Assembly: GCF_001447785.1 (NCBI RefSeq)
Contig: NW_015167177.1
Span: 1-64,000, forward strand
Length of the DNA stretch: 64,000 nt
Source: Gekko japonicus
Taxonomy: Eukaryota
Direction: 5' to 3'
Of this stretch, positions 14,526 through 27,970 are shown one piece after another. How positions within the stretch are numbered: position 1 is the first letter of the stretch; each line of letters begins with the position of its first letter. The notes under the pieces were generated by a model. The model saw nothing but the letters and a program-made list of their open reading frames with translations, did not search any database and was not told the DNA's origin. Made by a program: the position numbers and the translations under genes.

Positions 14526-16408
14526 AAACCAGACGTTGCTGGCCATTAAAAAAATGAAATTCATGAAAAAGCAGCACTAAGTTCCTGTTACATCTCTAGC
14601 ACCTGTGCTTACCTTTATCTTTCCCCTGAGTAGTTATCCCTCTACCGCGCAATAGTGATTTCAAAGACTCCAGGAAGAAGCAGAACTGTGACTAAATTAA
14701 AATCTGCAAGACCTTGATATAACAAAAGCAAAGTAGTGATAAGGAAGCCTTCTGCTTGTTCAAGGAGGATGCTGCTGCAGTACTACTGCAAAGGGAAATA
14801 CTGGATTGCAAGGGAGTAGGAAACTCAGAATGCACTAATGCATAGTTTTCATCCACACAATAGATTTAGTCTGCAGCTCATTTTATTCTTTCATCTTTTG
14901 CATGTTCACTGCATTAAAACCAAGCACAAGGTTAATCTGCATTCCAAGAGCACAATGAAGACATCTTCCCTCAATACTGTGCTGTTCCTGTTACAAGAGA
15001 ATATCTTATTTTTCCCAACAGTAGACTTGGATATCTGGTGCAAATGTGTATCCCCCCCCAAAAAAAAATTTCAGAATTTCTTGGGACTGGGATCGATATT
15101 TGGGAATCCCAACAATATTGTTAGCTTAGTTCCAAATATTTTGGAATATCTTAAGCCCAGCATTTTAAAGATCCAAAGTTTGGTTTTGTTCTTTTTTTGC
15201 AGGTTTCCTGGGAATGGGGAAACAGTGTTCACAGGCAAATGGGATCATGTTAGGGGGAGTTTGGGATTTTCTGGTTTGACGGCCATTCTGTTGGGCTTGT
15301 TTCGTCACACTGGCCCTTAGTTTTACTTGGCTTCTGTAGTTTGAGTTAGGTTCTGCCAGGCTGGAAATGGTGTCTGTTCCCTTAAGTTGGTTTGCATGGA
15401 TTTTCTGGTTTGACGTTGATTCTATTGGGCTTGCTGGTGGTTTGCATTGGGACACTTTTGGCCACTGGTTGGTTTCTCTTGTGTGTTTGGCTATTCCTTG
15501 CCCTGGAGAAAACATGAAACTCCCCCCCCCCCCAGGAAATAATGTCACCTTTTCTGGGGGTCCACAGAACTGGTACAATTACTTGGGGATCTTTAGTGAG
15601 CAGGCATTGCCAATTCTGCTATAATTTTAGTGTCCTTTGTTTTAAAAAGGCCACTGCAGCCTCCCTATACAGAACAATTTCAGAATTTTTAACCAATCAG
15701 TTTTTTTTCCTGGCACACATCTTCAATTAGATGCTCTTGCTTGTGTATACGGAAAAGGTACCTCTACTCCCACATAAGAGTGTCACCTTTTCCATATACT
15801 GTGCACAATGTCTTTGTATATGGTACAGATGCACACAGGACACTAAATTAATTTAAATTCATTATATGGGCAGTGGGTATGTACTAATTCAACACTGATT
15901 TTGTACTAAGTAATAGGAATAGGGCTACCCTGGGTACCAGGTTTCTGCTGCAGATTTGCTGATGCTAGAACCTTTATAAAACTCTTAAACACCCCGCACA
16001 GCACTCTAATTTAGGATCAAAATATATAGCTTCTACAGGAAACAATGCCACCTCCTGGTAGAAAGTGATAGCAAAGGACTAGTTTTGATTTTTTTTGTTT
16101 TTGAATATTTTTCTCTCATTTCAGACATTTTTTCAACATAGAAAATCCATGCATAAGGACTTCACTAGTACAGGGAAAGGACATGATGACTGTTATTTGC
16201 CAGATGTACTTATGTGCAGAACGTACACACAGGATGAAATATTGCATGGGCAGCAGTATTTTATACTTCCTAAAACATAACACACCTTTACCTACAGTCA
16301 GCATGAAGCAAACCACCCTGTGTATATGCAGGATAGCATCAGTTAGTTCACTTCAGTGTTTCAAATGAGAGCAGCAGCCTATTCAACAGAATAGGCTACA
16401 TAACTAAG

Positions 16409-16931
16409 TGTGACAGACAGGAGGTTGTCCTGCCCTGAAGGAAAAAACAGTCCCTTGGTTGTCTCATACTTAAGCCTAGAGGAGTGTTGCTCCAGCATCC
16501 AACCACCTTTCAGAGGGGAAGATGAAAGCACAGCTGTAGTTGGTTCAGGTCTGCCTCAGGGAGAGAAGACAGTTTGGCAGGTAGTGCTCCCTGGTAGCAC
16601 AGCAGAGTAGCTTAGTCCTACCTCTGGGAGAGGACAGAGTAGCTGGTTGTGAGGCCTGTCTCTGGTGCAGACCTCATACTGTTTAGCCTGACTCTTGGGA
16701 AAGGGCAAGCTGGTGTGGGTGGAATCTCTCTATATGAAAGGATCAAAAAACCCTGCTCTTAAAGCCATATTTAGCTTAAACATCTGTGCCTCAGCCAGGC
16801 TTCCCTTGACCATCTGGGCTCTGGAGCCCTGTGCTGCTGATCTGTTCCTTAAAACCAACCTGTTAATAAATAATCTTTGTTATTTGCATATAACTGCATC
16901 AGTGATCTCCGCGTTCTTCTTGCTCCCCACA
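16409..16931 (+). mobile_element. Possible solo LTR
   Basis: TGTG...CACA termini, TATA-like sequence at ~16731 and AATAAA at 16865 in LTR order. No TSD seen. Confidence 0.4.
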
Positions 16932-17562
16932 AAACTTGCCTCATGGTAATGAATCCAAAGCCTTTACAGTTGCTACCCTAAGATCATCTTATAACTGAGA
17001 GGAAGGTTTGCAGTTCAAAACAAACCTGGTTCCCCAAAATCGTAAGAGGCTGTGTAGGTCCTCTCAGTTGCTGGAAAGGGCCTGCAACACCAAACTTTGG
17101 GACTGGGCACTTAAGGAGCAGGGCTTACTGCCTGGTGTTGGTTTCATCTTGACAAAGGCCGCTGTCTTGATGGAGGTTTATGTGTGAGAAATATGGGTTA
17201 GTTCCTAGTTTAAACAAAATTATTCTTTTACTACGTGGTAGCAAACCACTGGAGGGTACCATTAACAATTTAAATGTTGCTACCAAGAAACACAGCCTGT
17301 TGTATTATTTGTGCTACAGGACAACTCATCCTCATTATGTATAGCAAAATATTTTTTTCACTATTACCAGACATACTTACACTGAAAACTTGTAGAACTT
17401 TTAGGCTGAAGAAAAAGAAAGTGTTAACATGCCATAAGATGTTCCATTATTCACACAAAATTGGGGGGCTATTTTAACTTACAGCCCATTGTAAAGCGGC
17501 CATAAAACATGTTTTAAGTATTAATTTCAGTTTAAGCATAGAAGAATCAATGTCTGATTTCT

Positions 17563-18009
17563 TCACGGTTTGCTAGAAGGAAAAAGATGCTCATTCTCCA
17601 GCTCTTCATTTTCATACTCTGTATCAATCAGCAGTGCAGATCCATCATTGCTGAGTGCAACTTTACCAGTGATAAGTTTGCTTAGTGTTTCAAAAGTGCC
17701 ACATAGTTGCTTCACTTTGGGAACAGAAAAGATTTTTGCCAGAGGCATGTAGACAGTTTGTCCATTAATGAATGGTTCAATATGTGGATTGTCAGCTTTG
17801 GTTAAAGAAGGATCTTCAACATCTTTCAGGAAACAAGATGTCAGGAATGGAGGGTCAGTTTCAACACCATCACGTACTTTCTTGTATTTGGATTTTCTTT
17901 TGTCCAATAGTCTTCTTGCAATTGTTTGTGATGTCCGCACAACTTCATTGACCACTGCAGTTTGCAAATACTTTTCATCTTTAAGGCTTGGATATACTGC
18001 TTTGAAAAT
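17563..18009 (-). CDS. HENMT1: HENMT1 terminal coding exon
   Basis: ttaaag| acceptor. Encodes IFKAVYPSLKDEKYLQ...LSNDGSALLID...SSKP followed by TGA. The six exons total 1173 nt = 390 aa plus stop, all in frame. Confidence 0.92.
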   Translation of the reverse strand: MFKAVYPSLKDEKYLQTAVVNEVVRTSQTIARRLLDKRKSKYKKVRDGVETDPPFLTSCFLKDVEDPSLTKADNPHIEPFINGQTVYMPLAKIFSVPKVKQLCGTFETLSKLITGKVALSNDGSALLIDTEYENEELENEHLFPSSKP

Positions 18010-18384
18010 CTTTAACATGTAAAAAAAATTACATATACTTAATACTTATACAGCTCATTTCAAGGATCCATAGACCTTCACATACAGAAAAATTACTATT
18101 CATGTACAGTATTTTGCATTACCGAATTATGAATCGCACCATTTCCAATCTTCAAGCCTATAACATGCTTTCAGAGTACCACCATCAAGCATAAGAGACA
18201 ACTGCTTTTTAGCAAACATAAAAGCTAGTAGCAGAGTAAGACCCACTCACCTTCTTTCTACAGCACCTGCAGAATGTGGCCTACAAACCTATAGTTTTCT
18301 AACCGCAAGATCATCACCATTTACTACAATCTTTCCTGCTGCCAATTTTGCTTGGGTCATAAGCCAGCCTTGTTTAGATGTGTA

Positions 18385-18585
18385 TATCCTACTTTTGCCC
18401 CCAATGAGGATCCAGTGACTTACAACATTCTCACCTCTGTTTTATCCTCACAACAACCATTCTGTACGGTAGGTTCAGATGAGAGTGTGTGTGACTGGCC
18501 AAAGGTCACCAAACAAGCCTCCACAACAGTGTGGATTCAGACCTGGATCTCCCAGGTTTTAGTCCAATGCTTTACTCTCTATAAC
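18385..18585 (-). mobile_element. tRNA-derived SINE (Squam3/MIR-like), decayed
   Basis: ttttatcctcacaacaacc..gtaggtt..gagagtgtgtgactggccaaaggtcacc..ggattcagacctggatctcc, the reverse complement of the family at 22339. Confidence 0.7.
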
Positions 18586-18999
18586 GTTACAGGACTAAAT
18601 TTTCATGTCAAGTTTAGATAATCCTTCTGCAATCTGGTAGTAAACTTAATAGTTACTAGAGGCAGAGACAGAGTAAAATTACCACTTTGTACAAAAACGA
18701 GGGGGGGTGGAAATTCAAGTAATGTTGAAGGAAACAAAAATAAATGTAAGCTAAGTAACACAATTATCCTGCCCTACAGTCGTCATCATACAAAAACTTC
18801 AATTCATGTTCAGAGTTGTCCACGCAACTGCTGAACATCAGTCTGAAGGTCTGTATCTGTTATCAGTGTGCCTCGCAGAGTATTTTCTTTCAATTTGTAA
18901 CAATGGAAACCAATATCAGATGTTCATAAGAAGCATTTTCTTCTCATGAAATGTGCATGAGGTGTAAATAATTTGGGTGGAAATGCAGCCACTTTCAGT

Positions 19000-19260
19000 A
19001 CCATCAAGACTGGTACCCTTGTGGACTACCTTTTGGGGTTGGGACTGGGGCAGCACTGTTTTAAGTGGTTTCAGTTAGGTTTGTGAAGGTGGTGCTGGAG
19101 GACTGCTGTTCGGCCCCTTGACTGAGGTACCCACAAGGTTCCACCTTGTCCCCCAACTTCTTTAACATCTACATGAAACTGTTAGGTAAAAAACATCCGG
19201 AGACTTTGGCTGGGCTGTTAACAATAGGCAGGTGATAGCTCTATCTTATGCTTCCAGCAT
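19000..19260 (+). mobile_element. Old L2 RT fragment
   Basis: ccacaaggttccaccttgtcccccaacttctttaacatctacatgaaa encodes a decayed PQGS.LSP.LFNIYM motif. Confidence 0.65.
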
Positions 19261-19354
19261 ATTCCATTTCTAAAATACAGAAAATTTTTAAACATTTAAA
19301 ACATTTCTAGTATAACTTATGAGATAGCAGAAGGGTTCTCTACTTGTGTATCTA

Positions 19355-20218
19355 AGGTGCCATCAAGTCGCAGCTGACTTATGGCAGCCCCATAAAGCTT
19401 TTCAAGGCAAGAGATGTTCAGAGGTGGTTTGCACTGCCTGCCTTTGGGTGTGTTCAGACGCAGCGTTTGCAACAGTATAGGTGCCGTTGCAATCGGTGTA
19501 CTTACCGGCGTTCACACGTAGAACAGCTGCCGTCCCTAAATGTTGCAAAGCCCTTTAAACCATTGTACTCTGCCACTAAGTCCCCAAGTGGTGGTATCCT
19601 GAGTACAACGGTTGTAATCGCTTAACCCCCCATCTGATTGCTCTCCACCGTTGCAGAGCCACTTCCATTCGGAAGCCTGAGGCTTCCGATTTTCGCCGGC
19701 CATTTTTTTTTTTAAAGGTTGGCGATATGCGCTTGGGTGAAGCTTCGCCCTGGCGTTTGTTTTTTAAAAAAAGAAAAGGGCCTTAGTTTAGCATTTCGGA
19801 GGTGTCTGGGACCTCAGGGAGGCTACTTTGCTCTTTAAACTTTAAAGGTAAGTCCTTACCCTTTAAAGTTTAAATGTAACACAGGGTTTTTTGCGCATGC
19901 ACGAAGATCGCCATTATATGGATGGCTGCCTATGCGCATGCTCAAACTGAGTTTAAAAAAAAAACGCCGACGCCCGCTGTGTGTGGACGGGCATAAAGCG
20001 ATGGGATCCGCAGACAGGAGGTGAGTGTGATCGCGTTTCAGTCGGCATAAACTGCACCAGTTCCAACCGGTACAGTTTATGCCGGCTGAAACAGCGCGTC
20101 TGAACGCACCCTTTGTGTAGCAATCCTGGCTTTCCTTGGTGGTCTCCCATCCAAGCCCTAACTAGGGTCAACACTGGTTGCTTTCAAGATCTGACAAGAT
20201 CAGGCCAGGCTGGGCTAT
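19355..20218 (-). mobile_element. 5S-derived SINE with RTE-type tail, split by a MITE
   Basis: Tail at 19355-19445 (gtgccatcaagtcgcagctgacttatggc..ttcaaggcaagag) and 5S head at 20112-20218 (tggtctcccatccaagccctaac). The halves rejoin once 19446-20111 is removed. Confidence 0.8.
19446..20111. mobile_element. PIF/Harbinger-type non-autonomous DNA transposon (666 bp)
   Basis: TIRs GGGTGTGTTCAGACGC and GCGTCTGAACGCACCC, a 3-bp TSD (TTT), a CpG-rich interior and an internal palindrome at 19833-19874. Confidence 0.8.
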
Positions 20219-20672
20219 TACAATTTATGAAGGTTGTAATAAATTTTAAATTGATATGTTATGGCAATAGCAATAAATTAGTGTTCAGTTTTTATTTAGG
20301 ATGTGAATAATAAATAGAACACTTAAATCACTGGTTTATATCCACAGTTGGGCAGGATTCCAATCAATCCACCATGTGGCCAATATTTTAGACAACCAAA
20401 ATGAAGTACAAAAAATTATTCTTAAACACTGGGTATCATTTTAAATACCCCAGTACCTCTCCATGCTATTGGCTCATTGACTGCAAACATCAATGTTCAA
20501 CTGAAGTTCAACTTCGCTCCTAGTAATTTTTTTAAATCCTGAGTGGCTGGTCAGCCATGAGGCCCTTTGACATCAACAAGGCATAATCTCAAGGGTTTTA
20601 TTTCTCGTATCTTAAAGCAATCCTTTCCTATTGAATTTATTCCTCCCTTCATTATGCAGAAAATACACTTAC

Positions 20673-20850
20673 AGTTTTATAAACATGTTCTTTGTATTCC
20701 TCAACTGTCTCAGGTTCTCCATTCTTTAGATACTTTCTCACAAATACACCTATTTGTGTACAAAATCCAACATCATCTTTTCCAGGTGGTGGGGCTCCTA
20801 ATCCAGTAAATTCTACTGTGTAGTCATAGCGAGCAGCAGCATCAAGAGCC
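20673..20850 (-). CDS. HENMT1: HENMT1 coding exon 5
   Basis: cgtag| acceptor and ACT|gtaagt donor. Encodes ALDAAARYDYTVEFTGLGAPPPGKDDVGFCTQIGVFVRK...EHVYKT. Confidence 0.95.
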
Positions 20851-22338
20851 CTACGTTTTTGAGAAAACATCAAAAGAGTCAAAACAATAAGGGCATTGTC
20901 CAAACAAACCTAGCTTGCTTGTCATGAATGTCTTAGTTGCACTAGTATACTATCGTCCGTTTGTGTTTATTAAATCCTCTTAATAAGTGAGTGCTGGAAT
21001 GAAAGAGGTTAATACAAGCAGCAACTACTGGAAACCCCTCACATCACAAGCATCACAAGTGATTCCCAGCCACCGTGCCTTATCAAATACCGGTGAGGAC
21101 AGAAGAAAGCACAGGCAGTTCTGATAGCAGACACGGTTCTTTGCTTCCTTCCCAGCACTGCCTGTATTGATGAGACAGTGGAGGATATGAGAGTGCCAGG
21201 GAATAGAGGAAGTACATATATGTGGCCATCACACATGCATTTCCAGCTCTGGGCTTTATGGAACTCACGTCTTTGCGCACACAGATTGCAGATTGATGCG
21301 GCATCTTCCCCATAAAAGAATGAGACCATTCTGTTAAAAAGGTTAAGAATGACTAGACTGAAGGCAAGAGAAAGGAAATGTAAAGAGCAGTTGGCAACCA
21401 AAACATTGGTCAAAATGCCTATTTTGGCAAGCCCTGATCAAATAATTAGTAAAAACTTTGATAAGTAAGATGCCAAACTGTGCTTCACTCTTGGCTAGGC
21501 CAAGAGAGAGTTCTGTGGATGTGTGTGTGTCTGAAAGATACAGGAAGAAGCACCAGATATGAGAGAGAAAGAGACTGAAAGGATGTGCAAGGAAGCTTGA
21601 GGATCTGTGAGGGAGACATGGACAAATAAGGAGAGGGCTGACAGGAGCCAGAGAACCAGCAAGGGGCTTTGCAGGAGATAAAAGAAGGCTCCATGACTAA
21701 GCAATAAGGGAGGAAGAGTGTGGGAAACATGGGCCACTGTGAGAGAAAAGGGGAGAAGTTAAGTCATACCTACGAGTCCTGAAGAGCACATGTTGTCTCC
21801 TAAGTGGTGGAGGTACGCTTAGATGAAAAACCTTACCTGAAGTATATGATTAAATCCCAAACCTTATGTAACCTGATTTCCCTTGGTGGTGGTAGGGGGG
21901 TTCCAGTTCTCACAGTCAAATTAAATTATTTTATTTGCCAACTTCAGATTTCAAAGGAACATATTTCCTAGTAGAGCAAAAGCTGACTGTGACAGGTACA
22001 TGAGAGGAGTTTAGCCATTATGATTAACTAATTCAGGAAGGATACTAGCTTGCTCTCTCCAATATATTAGTGACAGAAATATTAAACAGATTTTAAGGCA
22101 ATATCTATTTGTCCTTCTCTGTTACAAATAACTACCCCTTATTTTTGTGACCCAAGTCTAAAACAATTCCAGTGAGCCAGGATGTTTGCCTTTAAGATTA
22201 ATCTTCTTGCAGAGGGTACCTAAAAAACTCACTTTACATTTTAACTAGTTGTAGCTGGCAATTTATTCCTCTAAATCTGATCAACTACTTCTTCCCTGGC
22301 CTTTTGGCATCTGTACAATGGGTCTGAGGTGATGGGAG

Positions 22339-22542
22339 TGCCAGTTTGGTGTAGTGGTTAAGTGTGCGGACTCCAAGTCTGGGAGAACCAGGTTTGATTC
22401 CCCACTCCTCCACCTGCACCTGCTGATGTGACCTTGGGTCAGTCACAAGCTCTGGCACAGCTGTTCCTGAAAGAGCAGTTTGTGTCAGAGTTCTCTCAGC
22501 CCCACCCACCTCACAGGGTGTCTGTTGTGGGGAGGGGAAGAT
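22339..22542 (+). mobile_element. tRNA-derived SINE (Squam3-like)
   Basis: A box tggtgtagtggtt, B box ggtttgattcc, and body gtgaccttgggtcagtcac..cacctcacagggtgtctgttgtggggag. Confidence 0.85.
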
Positions 22543-23252
22543 GGCGCTTGCCCTACAATCTAGATTATCATAAGGGGCCTAAAATTTCCATATGCATGGG
22601 GGCACAAGTTTCAGGTCCAGTGGCAGACCTATGAATCCACCTTAAATTATTTCTGGGGATTCCCCATCCCTCAGAAGCAGCATGGGAGGACAGTTTGGGA
22701 TGCAACAAGAGAAAGCAATCAGGGAAGCTGCATGTTCATGGATGGAAGTCCTTCCTTCTGTGGAAACTTTAGGCAGAATCAGATACATCAAACTGAACTT
22801 GTAAAAAACCATTACAACTTCTAAGAATGTTAGGTAAACCTTCTATACATGTGAACAATTGAAAGAAACTTCTCATCTTTAGCCTTTGTCTTATATACCA
22901 GAATGGGCCCAGAATTTAATAATTTAAAGCAAAACTGAAGCAAAAACAATAATTAACAAACAGGTCTGTTTGGACGTGCCTGCAGTTATAGCAGGTAGCC
23001 TGGAAAAGCTTTTGCTTCTTACAGCTAGGAGGTAGGCAGCCACCAATTCTGTCTTGGTATCAAATTATACCACCAGGGAATAGAAAAAGATAGTAAGTCA
23101 CCACCTACAGAAAGGTATTCTTGTCTTGAGGAATAATTTTGCATATGGTCAAATCAGTCATTAACTGACCTATTTAACTGCTCAATTGACGAATGCATCA
23201 GCCCTGCTTTCTGGAAGCCAGAAGCTTTATTAAATCTTGTATAATAAACTTA

Positions 23253-23483
<231 letters not shown>

Positions 23484-23669
23484 TCACCTTCCTGACCAAC
23501 TGAGTACATCTTTAATAATGCAACTAAACTACACCGAAGTAGTTATTTTGAATTGATATAAAAATATTTGCTGAGCATATAGTTAATACATGATCTATAC
23601 TTTTTATCATGAACATATAAAGCTACTTAATACATGATCTACTGACCACTGGGGATGCGGGGGAGTGAG

Positions 23670-23862
23670 CATGGAATCACATGAAGCTACCTTATACTGA
23701 GTCTATAAAGGTCAGTACTGCCCAATCTGGTGGGCTGCAGCTCTCCAGGGTCTCAGGGAAAGCTCTTTCATATCATGTACAATCTGATCCTGTTAACTGG
23801 AAATGTCAGGGATCAAACCTGGGACCTTCTGTATGCAAAGCAGATGCTCAGCTCCTCAGCAT
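23670..23862 (-). mobile_element. tRNA-derived SINE (Squam2-like)
   Basis: Minus strand gagcatctgctttgcatacagaaggtcccaggtttgatccc is a tRNA-like head with a B box. Tail cagtataaggtagcttcatg. Confidence 0.7.
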
Positions 23863-24185
23863 CAGCATATACTCTGTTTCTTCCATCCATATTCTCCTTG
23901 AATGTTAGACCCCCCCATCTTGCTGTACTCTACTTTTCACAATTCACATCTCTGTATCCTTTGCCCCCTAAGTACAGTGCCTGCATTAAACAGCAAGAAT
24001 GTGAGTAGAATCTAACCCTCCTAACTACATTAATTTGTGCAATTATGTTAAAATATAACCTAAGAAGTTCATGTAAAAGGAGTATACCAAATCAACATTA
24101 TTTATGAGCAGAAGCTTAGAGTCAAGAGGTTCTCTAAAGAGTATGAAAAGCCCTTTTTAAAATGGTATTTTAGTAGAATACTCAC

Positions 24186-24320
24186 AATTCAATACATGTT
24201 ACCATGTCGAAGCCCAGCATATGGGGGTCTTTCTGAGCAACTGAACCCTGATGAAGGATAACAGTCAGTGATCTTTCAGATGGCTGAAGAAAGTCACCGG
24301 GAAGGGGATACAGCATATGC
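24186..24320 (-). CDS. HENMT1: HENMT1 coding exon 3
   Basis: ttttag| acceptor and TT|gtgag donor. Encodes HMLYPLPGDFLQPSERSLTVILHQGSVAQKDPHMLGFDMVTCIE. Confidence 0.95.
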
Positions 24321-24514
24321 CTAAAACCATACAACATGTATGTGTAATGGAAGAATCTCCAAGGAGACAAGTTTTATCACTTCAAGAATCATCTGCACTT
24401 ACTGTCATCAGGAGTTGGAAGACATTTGTAATGAAAAAGAACTGTACAATGCAATGATTAAATTTTAGTATTTCTCCCCAAACCAGTAAAGTTCAAAGGG
24501 CAACTAGATAATAC

Positions 24515-24667
24515 TTGTGAGTCAGCCATGCTAGTCATGCCGGCCACATCACCACGGAAATGTCTCTGGACAGCGCTGGCTCTTTGGCTTGGAAATGGAG
24601 ATGAGCACCGCATCCCTACAGTCGGATTCGACTGGCTTTCGAACAAGGTAAACCTTTACCTTTTACT
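24515..24667 (+). mobile_element. Sauria-type SINE 3' part
   Basis: tctttggcttggaaatggagatgagcaccgc..cagtcggattcgactgg..acctttaccttt: BovB-like tail plus (ACCTTT)n. Confidence 0.75.
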
Positions 24668-26122
24668 AGTTCTCCTTTAATTTGACAACAGCATATACCA
24701 GGAGACATATATTGAAACAATGACCCAAAATCTTAACACAGAAATATCTTACTTAATACGATTTTATAACACATCCAGTAGGATTAATTTATCTTGGTAT
24801 CCTGAGGGATGGAGCAGGAAACAACTTTGGAGACAAAGGATTCTCACATAGACATAGGGTCACACAAAAAGGGCTAGGTGAAGTACTGGAGATAGAACGG
24901 CAATTCACCAAGTGGCCTCTGAATAGCTTTAGAAATGCAGATACTACACCTAGAGGAACCTGCCTTCATTGTCGCTGTTGGAGAAGGGGAGGTTGAAGAT
25001 TGCCTTTGAGGGATGCCTTGTATGAAAACCTGAACATGAAATCCCCTTTTTGCAGAGTGTTCACACACTGACTCTGAGGTTCAAGCTGAGGGTGCTTGAC
25101 TTTTGGGGGACTTTGGTTCAGGTCAATAGCTGGGTGCCCCTGCTATATGGCAGCATATACCACACATATGGCAGCACCTCTGGGCTACACAGACATTTCT
25201 GTGCATAGCTCTTCAGTTTTTCACAAATCATTGTACGGCCCCACATTTGGGGGAGCTAACTCTATAAACACAAGTCCTATTTACAAGAGCTATTTTGATC
25301 TCTTAAGGGTACCCTACCCTGGCTAGGCAGTCTGAAGGCCAAACTAGATGTGGCATCTGCCATGAGTCAAGTCAGGTTTCCTTGACCTGCATTAGACAGA
25401 CATAACATTGGGGGACTAACATGCTCCAAGGCCTCGGTAAGTGCTTTCCTTTAGTACATACATACTGAAAATACGACAACATTTTAAAAAATGAAATGGG
25501 GACACTTTCTTCAATGTGGCATCGTCAAACAAAAGCAAGATATACAATATTTGCTTGACACTTGGCAGGGAGAACTCCTTGGGTGATAAGTATAGTCCCC
25601 AAGAATTTCATCCCAGCTAGGTGACAGGGAAAAAATCGGCCTCTTCCACTTAAGCCAAAAGAAACAAAGAACCCCAAAAGGAGTGATAACTATAAAGAAA
25701 ATGAATAAGGAAGATCAAATTAATCCAATAAAATTTCTGTACACATCCCCAGCACAGCCAGGGGCTATAGCAGAACCAGCATCAGCTATAGATCAGTGTT
25801 TGCCAACCTGTGGGTTGGGACCCAAAAGTGGGTCACAAAGCCTTTGGAAGTGGGTTGCAGGCCACCCTTCTCTAATGGCCACTCCTGCCTTTTGCAGAAT
25901 TCTTTCTCCCCTTGTCCTCGTCAACTTCTCACATTCTTGCCCTCCACCTCCCCTTCATGACAATTATACGGGGGGGGGGGGAATCTGTCTGGAAACTAAT
26001 AACTTTGCAGCTGGAAGGAGGGGGAAAATGCTGGAGAGTTCCTGCCAATCTGCTTCAAAAGGAAGACAACCAAATTACTGCAATACAAAACACAACTTTT
26101 CCAAATGAATTTTTTTCCTTAC

Positions 26123-26235
26123 ATTTTTTCCTTCATCACATCCTCGCTGATATCTAATCCAACAAGCATTTCAATACAGTTGCAGAATTTCAGCATCCAC
26201 AGCAGTCTACAGTCAGCACATCCCAAGTCTGCCAC
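26123..26235 (-). CDS. HENMT1: HENMT1 coding exon 2
   Basis: tttacag| acceptor and AT|gtaagg donor. Encodes VADLGCADCRLLWMLKFCNCIEMLVGLDISEDVMKEK (SAM-binding motif I and the motif II GLD). Confidence 0.95.
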
Positions 26236-26911
26236 CTGTAAATTAGAATTTGGAATAGTGGTTTCTAGGGTTATATTTAAAACTGGTGTGACTTGCAGGT
26301 CATTATAGTCTGAGATAGTAATCAAACAACATCTCAGGGCTTCTCTACATTAGTCAATCTAATGTGCAATGGTGCAGAGTTGAAAACAAATAAATACATG
26401 ACTGATCTGCCTACACTAAAAATATACCTAGAGACCTGTAGTAATACAATAAAAACCTGTTTTGCTGTTGTTCTAGCATTAGCACTTTAAAAAGAAGTAC
26501 CCCTCACTACCGCTTACAGCTACAGATAAACCTCCAACTAGGCCACTGTTACTGCATTGCCCCCCTGCTGTCTTTCCCCATTCCCTCTGAGATGCAAGAT
26601 TACAAATACCTCAGAAAGCCTATCTGCCATATGACTCTCCCACCTGGTGTGAAGGGGAAAGGTAAATGGTTCCATACACATTAATGTAAGTAGAATGCAC
26701 AATAATCCATTTCACCATTCAGATGTTTTGTAAAGAAAAACCCACAGGATGCTAACAAGCTAGGCATCATGCATCAACAGAACGCAGCAAGAAAAAAAGA
26801 ATACACCTACACTGCAGTTTAGCTGCTGCTGACAGAACATCAGCTGAAGACCAAGACCATTACATTTGTAAGTTGATGTTTCTGGAATCAAGGCCTTTCC
26901 ATTCTGTGCCT

Positions 26912-26958
26912 GCCCCCCCCTCCCTCCCTCTCCCTCCCTCTCTCTCTATATATATATG
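26912..26958. repeat. Compound microsatellite (CCCT)n(CT)n(AT)n
   Basis: Read directly from the sequence. Confidence 0.9.
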
Positions 26959-27853
26959 CAATAAATGCATATCAGTTGAACACAATCTGGATCAGGCCAT
27001 TGTGGTGCTTCTGTGGTAAAGATACTGCATTTTCTAAGCACAGTCTGGAAAAAATTAGATTTTTTTTTTCTGATAAAAGACTCATCCAGATCATAGGTGG
27101 CCATTTTACCTACATATGCTTTCAGTCTATTTTATGAAATATTGAATTTAGCCACTGAAGAAAAGGACGCTTTAATGATCTTCAAATGGGATTTTGCTTA
27201 TGGTAGTTACTTGCCCTCCAGCCACCAGGTAATATTACCCAATTTACTTCTGCTGTCTTATGAGGGACCATGTGTCATTTATTCCTGGAGAGGCTATTTA
27301 ACTGCAGCTTTTTATATTTAGAAAACTATTTCCTTTAGTGCAAACTGAAGATGTTTTGTATCCAGCAATATCAAATCCATCTAAGTATGCAACACACCTT
27401 CCACTCCGTTTTAAGACAACAAGCTGCAGACGTGGTGCCTTTTCACTGTGATTCGAAATAATTATTCCCCCCCACCCATACACACACTTCTTTTTTGCAC
27501 TGAACAGTCAGATTAAGAGTTCTTGAAAGCCCAAGAACCTTGCACACCACCTGGTAATATTTTGGTTGGTCTTAACTGAAAGTATTACATGACGTTAGCT
27601 ATTGGAATTTCTCTTACATGTGTAATTGTTACATACAGTCTTTAAGCAGACACTGTGAGTGACCAGAAATCTTCCCTACGCTTGCCAATATGCAAACATT
27701 GTTTCTGGTTTAAGCAAAGCAAGTCTTTTACAGCCTATCATGCTGTCCCACACTGTACACTTCCTCCAGGAACATCAGCAAGACTGTGCCTCTAAGGAAT
27801 GACAATCCTGAAGTCACTAAGTATAAACAAATATTTTCCAAACACATACCAAC

Positions 27854-27970
27854 CTTTTTGGGCTTATGCTTGTTCACTAATTGTTTAATGAACTGGTAGC
27901 GTTGCTTGTACAATGGTGGTGTGAATTTAACTGTCCTTGTAAGTTCATCTTTTCTCAGCTTTTCATCCAT
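27854..27970 (-). CDS. HENMT1: HENMT1 first coding exon (small RNA 2'-O-methyltransferase)
   Basis: Encodes MDEKLRKDELTRTVKFTPPLYKQRYQFIKQLVNKHKPKK with the Hen1 FxPP motif. Donor AAG|gttggt. An acceptor (ttttag|) 8 nt before the ATG implies an upstream non-coding exon. Confidence 0.93.

Noticed and set aside
18783-18790. Intronic C/D snoRNA (ATGATGA box C on the HENMT1 strand)
   Set aside because: No CTGA box D or terminal stem at a suitable distance downstream.
22339-22410. tRNA gene
   Set aside because: The A and B boxes run into a SINE body, with no acceptor stem or poly-T terminator.
26200-26235. HENMT1 motif I reads DLGCAD rather than DLGCGD
   Set aside because: Conservative change. 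The FxPP, ELIEH, STPN and HKFEW motifs and the reading frame are all intact, so there is no sign of inactivation.
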